From Terriglobia bacterium (GTDB lineage Bacteria; Acidobacteriota; Terriglobia; 20CM-2-55-15), in contig OZ253536.1 in NCBI GenBank assembly GCA_965262425.1, positions 5,325,085-5,389,084 on the forward strand: a DNA stretch of 64,000 bases, read 5' to 3'. Made by a program: the position numbers and the translations under genes. The notes below the pieces were generated by a model, which saw only the letters and a program-made list of their open reading frames with translations, did not search any database and had not been told where the DNA came from. Positions 60,866-64,000 of this stretch are shown here, one piece after another; position 1 is the first letter of the stretch, and each line of letters starts with the position of its first letter.

Positions 60866-63439
60866 ATGCAACCTGGCACCCAACTCGGTACCTACGAAAT
60901 CCTCTCGCCCCTGGGCAAAGGTGGCATGGGTGAAGTGTGGCGTGCGCGGGACTCTAAACTCGGACGCGAAGTCGCGATCAAGACTCTCCCCGAAGAGTTC
61001 GCCAGGGACGAAGAACGACTGGCTCGCTTCGAGCGCGAAGCGAAGCTGCTCGCCTCGATGAATCACCCCAATATCGCCACCATCCACGGTTTCGAAGAGG
61101 ACAACGGTACCCGGTTTCTCGTACTCGAACTGGTCGAGGGCGACACGCTCGCCGATCGCATCAAACGGGGCGCGATTCCTCTGGCCGAATCGTTGGAGAT
61201 CGGACGGCAGATCACCGATGCCCTGGAAGCGGCGCACGAGAAAGGCGTCATCCACCGGGATCTGAAGCCCGCCAACATCAAGATCACTCCCGACGGCAAG
61301 GTAAAGGTTCTCGACTTCGGGTTGGCCAAGGCGTTCGCGGGAGATGGAGCCGACCCGACGCTGTCGAACTCCCCGACGCTGAGCATGGCCGCCACGCAGG
61401 CTGGCACCATCCTGGGAACCGCCGCCTACATGGCCCCGGAGCAGGCACGGGGGAAGACGGTGGACAAGCGGGCCGACATCTGGGCGTTCGGCGTCGTGCT
61501 CTACGAGATGGTGACGGGAAAGGGGCTGTTTCATGGTGAAGATCTGACCCAGACCGTGGCGTCCGTGGTCATGAAGGAAGCGGATCTCGAACAGGCTCCG
61601 GTCGAGCTTCGGCGATTGCTCGCCAAATGCCTGGAGAAGGACCCGAAGGATCGGCTGCGCGACATTGGAGATGTCTGGGAGTTGCGGGATGACCCGCAAG
61701 CGCGGGGCGCCGGTCCCTCCGCACAGGCCGAAACACGCCGGGGTCGGCTGCCATGGGTGGCTGCCGCGGTGTTCGCCCTCGCCACCGTCGCGTTGGCTAC
61801 GCTCTGGCTCCGGCCCGCGCCGCTACCCGAGGTCATGCGCTTCGAGATCCACGCACCGCCTGGAAGCTCCCTGGTTCGGGGCAACCCCGCCGTTTCCCCC
61901 GACGGGGGCACGCTGGCTTACACGCTCGTCGACCCTGACGGAGCAACCCGGATTCATGTGAGACCGATCGACAGCGTCCAGACACGCCCGCTGACAGGAA
62001 CCGAGGGCGGCATGCATCCCTTCTGGGCTCCGGACGGTCGCTCCCTGGCGTTCTGGGCCGATGGCTACCTGCTACGGATCGATCTGGAAGGTGGGGCTCC
62101 ACGTCGGCTGGGGGAGTCGGGGGCACCGTGGCACGGCACCTGGAGCCAGAACGGGAACATCCTCTTTAGCGGTCGGGATGGCGGGATGGTTTCCGAGGAT
62201 GGGGGCACGGTGACTGAGTTCGTCCACGGTGGCTTCCCGGCTTTTCTGCCGGATGGCGAACGGTTCCTGGGTTACCGCGATGGCTCGGTTCAACTCGGCC
62301 GTCTCGGTTCCGATGAACGCACAGTGGTTCTCGAAGACGCCAGTGGGGCCATACCTGCACCCGCTCCAAACGGCAAGACCTACCTTCTCTTCGTGCGTGG
62401 GTCCAACCTGATGGTGCAGGAATTTGACGAGGTCGCGGGTAACGTCGTCGGGAACGCGGTGCTCCTGGTTCCGGATATCTTACGGCTGGCAGTCAGTGGA
62501 GGACTTCCCGCCGTCGGCGTGTCACCCACGGGAATCCTGGCGTATCGAACGGGGACGGGTAGTTCCAACCTGGGCCAGTTGACCTGGGTCGACCGATCCG
62601 GGCAGGAAGTGGGCACGCTGTCGCCCGACGACTCCGTCGGCCAGCCGAGAATTTCTCCCGACGGAAGGTTCGCGGCAGACGTACGGACACATGAGACCGG
62701 GCAGAGTATCTGGGTGACGGACCTCGTCCGGGAATCCGTAGGCCGGCTCACCTTCGGAGAAGAGACCCGAGAGAACAACCCGGTGTGGTCACCCGATGGG
62801 GCGCGCGTGGCGTATCGAAACACGAGCACGGGTATTCATATCGTCGATGTGTCGGGGGGCGGAAACGATGTGCACGTGACCGATGTCGTTTCGGGCCTCA
62901 GTTCCTGGTCCCCCGATGGCCGGTACCTGCTGACTCGCCTCGGCGGAACCCTGAATCTCCAGCCTGTCGATGGCGACGAGGAACCCATCGAGGTCGGATC
63001 CCGCAATGGGGATTCGAGCGACGGCCGATTCTCGCCGGACGGCAAATACATCGCGTTTTCCTCGGATGAGTCCGGCCGGAGCGAGGTGTATGTCCAACCC
63101 ATGCCGTCCGCAGCCGCGCAGGCCGGACAAGTCCAGATATCGATCGACGGAGGTAGTCAGCCACGCTGGAGTTCCGACGGCACCGAGCTGTTCTTCTATC
63201 ATGCGCTCTCGATCTATTCCAGGGAGTTCGCCATGATGGCGGTGGATGTCGAACCGGGTGAGACGTTTTCAGCAGGGATCCCGCGGGAATTGTTTCGGCA
63301 GACGAGCGTTGCCGGTAGTTTCGATGTCCACCCGGACGGCGAGCGGTTCCTCATCCTCAAGCCCGCCCCGGGCGAGGCGGAGCAGCCGATTACAGTTGTG
63401 TTGAACTGGTGGGTGGAGATGGAGGAACGGAACCGGTAG
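60866..63439 (+). CDS. Ser/Thr protein kinase with a TM helix and TolB-like beta-propeller repeats
   Basis: GKGGMGEV, VAIK, HRDLKPAN, DFG, YMAPE; multiple WSPDG repeats. Confidence 0.95.
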   Translation: MQPGTQLGTYEILSPLGKGGMGEVWRARDSKLGREVAIKTLPEEFARDEERLARFEREAKLLASMNHPNIATIHGFEEDNGTRFLVLELVEGDTLADRIKRGAIPLAESLEIGRQITDALEAAHEKGVIHRDLKPANIKITPDGKVKVLDFGLAKAFAGDGADPTLSNSPTLSMAATQAGTILGTAAYMAPEQARGKTVDKRADIWAFGVVLYEMVTGKGLFHGEDLTQTVASVVMKEADLEQAPVELRRLLAKCLEKDPKDRLRDIGDVWELRDDPQARGAGPSAQAETRRGRLPWVAAAVFALATVALATLWLRPAPLPEVMRFEIHAPPGSSLVRGNPAVSPDGGTLAYTLVDPDGATRIHVRPIDSVQTRPLTGTEGGMHPFWAPDGRSLAFWADGYLLRIDLEGGAPRRLGESGAPWHGTWSQNGNILFSGRDGGMVSEDGGTVTEFVHGGFPAFLPDGERFLGYRDGSVQLGRLGSDERTVVLEDASGAIPAPAPNGKTYLLFVRGSNLMVQEFDEVAGNVVGNAVLLVPDILRLAVSGGLPAVGVSPTGILAYRTGTGSSNLGQLTWVDRSGQEVGTLSPDDSVGQPRISPDGRFAADVRTHETGQSIWVTDLVRESVGRLTFGEETRENNPVWSPDGARVAYRNTSTGIHIVDVSGGGNDVHVTDVVSGLSSWSPDGRYLLTRLGGTLNLQPVDGDEEPIEVGSRNGDSSDGRFSPDGKYIAFSSDESGRSEVYVQPMPSAAAQAGQVQISIDGGSQPRWSSDGTELFFYHALSIYSREFAMMAVDVEPGETFSAGIPRELFRQTSVAGSFDVHPDGERFLILKPAPGEAEQPITVVLNWWVEMEERNR

Positions 63440-63449
63440 CAACAGGACA

Positions 63450-63483
63450 GCGTGTCGGGGTGGCCGTCCCTGGCCACCCGCGG
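63450..63483 (+). repeat. REP-like palindrome, type A
   Basis: GCGTGTCGGGGTGGCCGTCCCTGGCCACCCGCGG. Confidence 0.85.
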
Positions 63484-63551
63484 GGAAGACGAAATGCCGA
63501 GGCCCAATCTTCTCCCGCACGCGCTGAAGCAGGACAGATGATACTCAACGC

Positions 63552-63635
63552 TAATTCGGGGACGGAGGCACAACTCTAACCAGCAACTTTTGTTTTATGA
63601 GCACTTTGGATAATTACGCCTCCGTCCCCGAATTA
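63552..63635. repeat. Inverted-repeat unit (REPIN/MITE-like)
   Basis: Perfect 17-bp arms, 50-nt spacer. Confidence 0.88.
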
Positions 63636-63641
63636 GCTGAA

Positions 63642-63989
63642 TTAGCTGTGATCTTCGAGGCGGTCGAGGCGCCGGGACTGGTGTGTCACCAACTCCGTGA
63701 GCAGACGGTTGGACTCGACCAACTCGTCCTGCGTTGTCAAGATATGGCGGCTCACCCTTGCCAGATCGGTGGTGGTCGAGATCAGACGGTCGGTCGTCGA
63801 ACTCAGATCGCCGACAGTCGACGCTAGGCTGCCGACCTGTTCAGCAAGCCGATCCAGTCGGAGTTCGAATCTGGCCTGGTTCTTGTCGAATCTAGCCTGG
63901 TTCTGGTCAAATTTCGCCTGATTCTGGTCGAATCTGGCCTGGCTCTTGAGGAAGAACTCTATCGCGCGATCCAATTCTTCAGGGGTCAT
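63642..63989 (-). CDS. Small coiled-coil hypothetical protein with heptad repeats
   Basis: QARFDQN-type heptads encoded by a 21-bp tandem repeat at 63865-63942. Confidence 0.7.
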   Translation of the reverse strand: MTPEELDRAIEFFLKSQARFDQNQAKFDQNQARFDKNQARFELRLDRLAEQVGSLASTVGDLSSTTDRLISTTTDLARVSRHILTTQDELVESNRLLTELVTHQSRRLDRLEDHS

Positions 63990-64000
63990 TCGTGCACCTA

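Noticed and set aside
8312-63635. CRISPR array
   Set aside because: The repeats are dispersed or inverted rather than regularly spaced direct repeats, and no cas genes are present

Overview
GC-rich bacterial chromosomal segment, most likely from an Acidobacterium (inferred from two PadR + ADOP-type permease pairs, a Ser/Thr kinase with TolB-like repeats, and many secreted hydrolases). It has about 40 genes, including serC, ppnN and a TRAP / hydantoinase A+B / pcaIJ / aminotransferase operon. The mobile and repeat load is very dense: four complete IS elements (IS256, IS1380, IS630, IS1182-like), four near-identical 317-bp ISL3-type MITEs with 8-bp target duplications, one structured 285-bp MITE whose ends match the IS1182-like element, about 11 copies of a GTCG/GTAC-type REP and five AT-spacer inverted-repeat units with IHF-like sites. 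About eight genes look broken. The two best candidates for new biology are a putative lactam -> beta-amino acid -> 3-oxoadipate catabolic pathway and the recently active gene-splitting MITE family. No rRNA, tRNA or CRISPR array was recognised. All family assignments come from motif recognition by eye, not from database searches.
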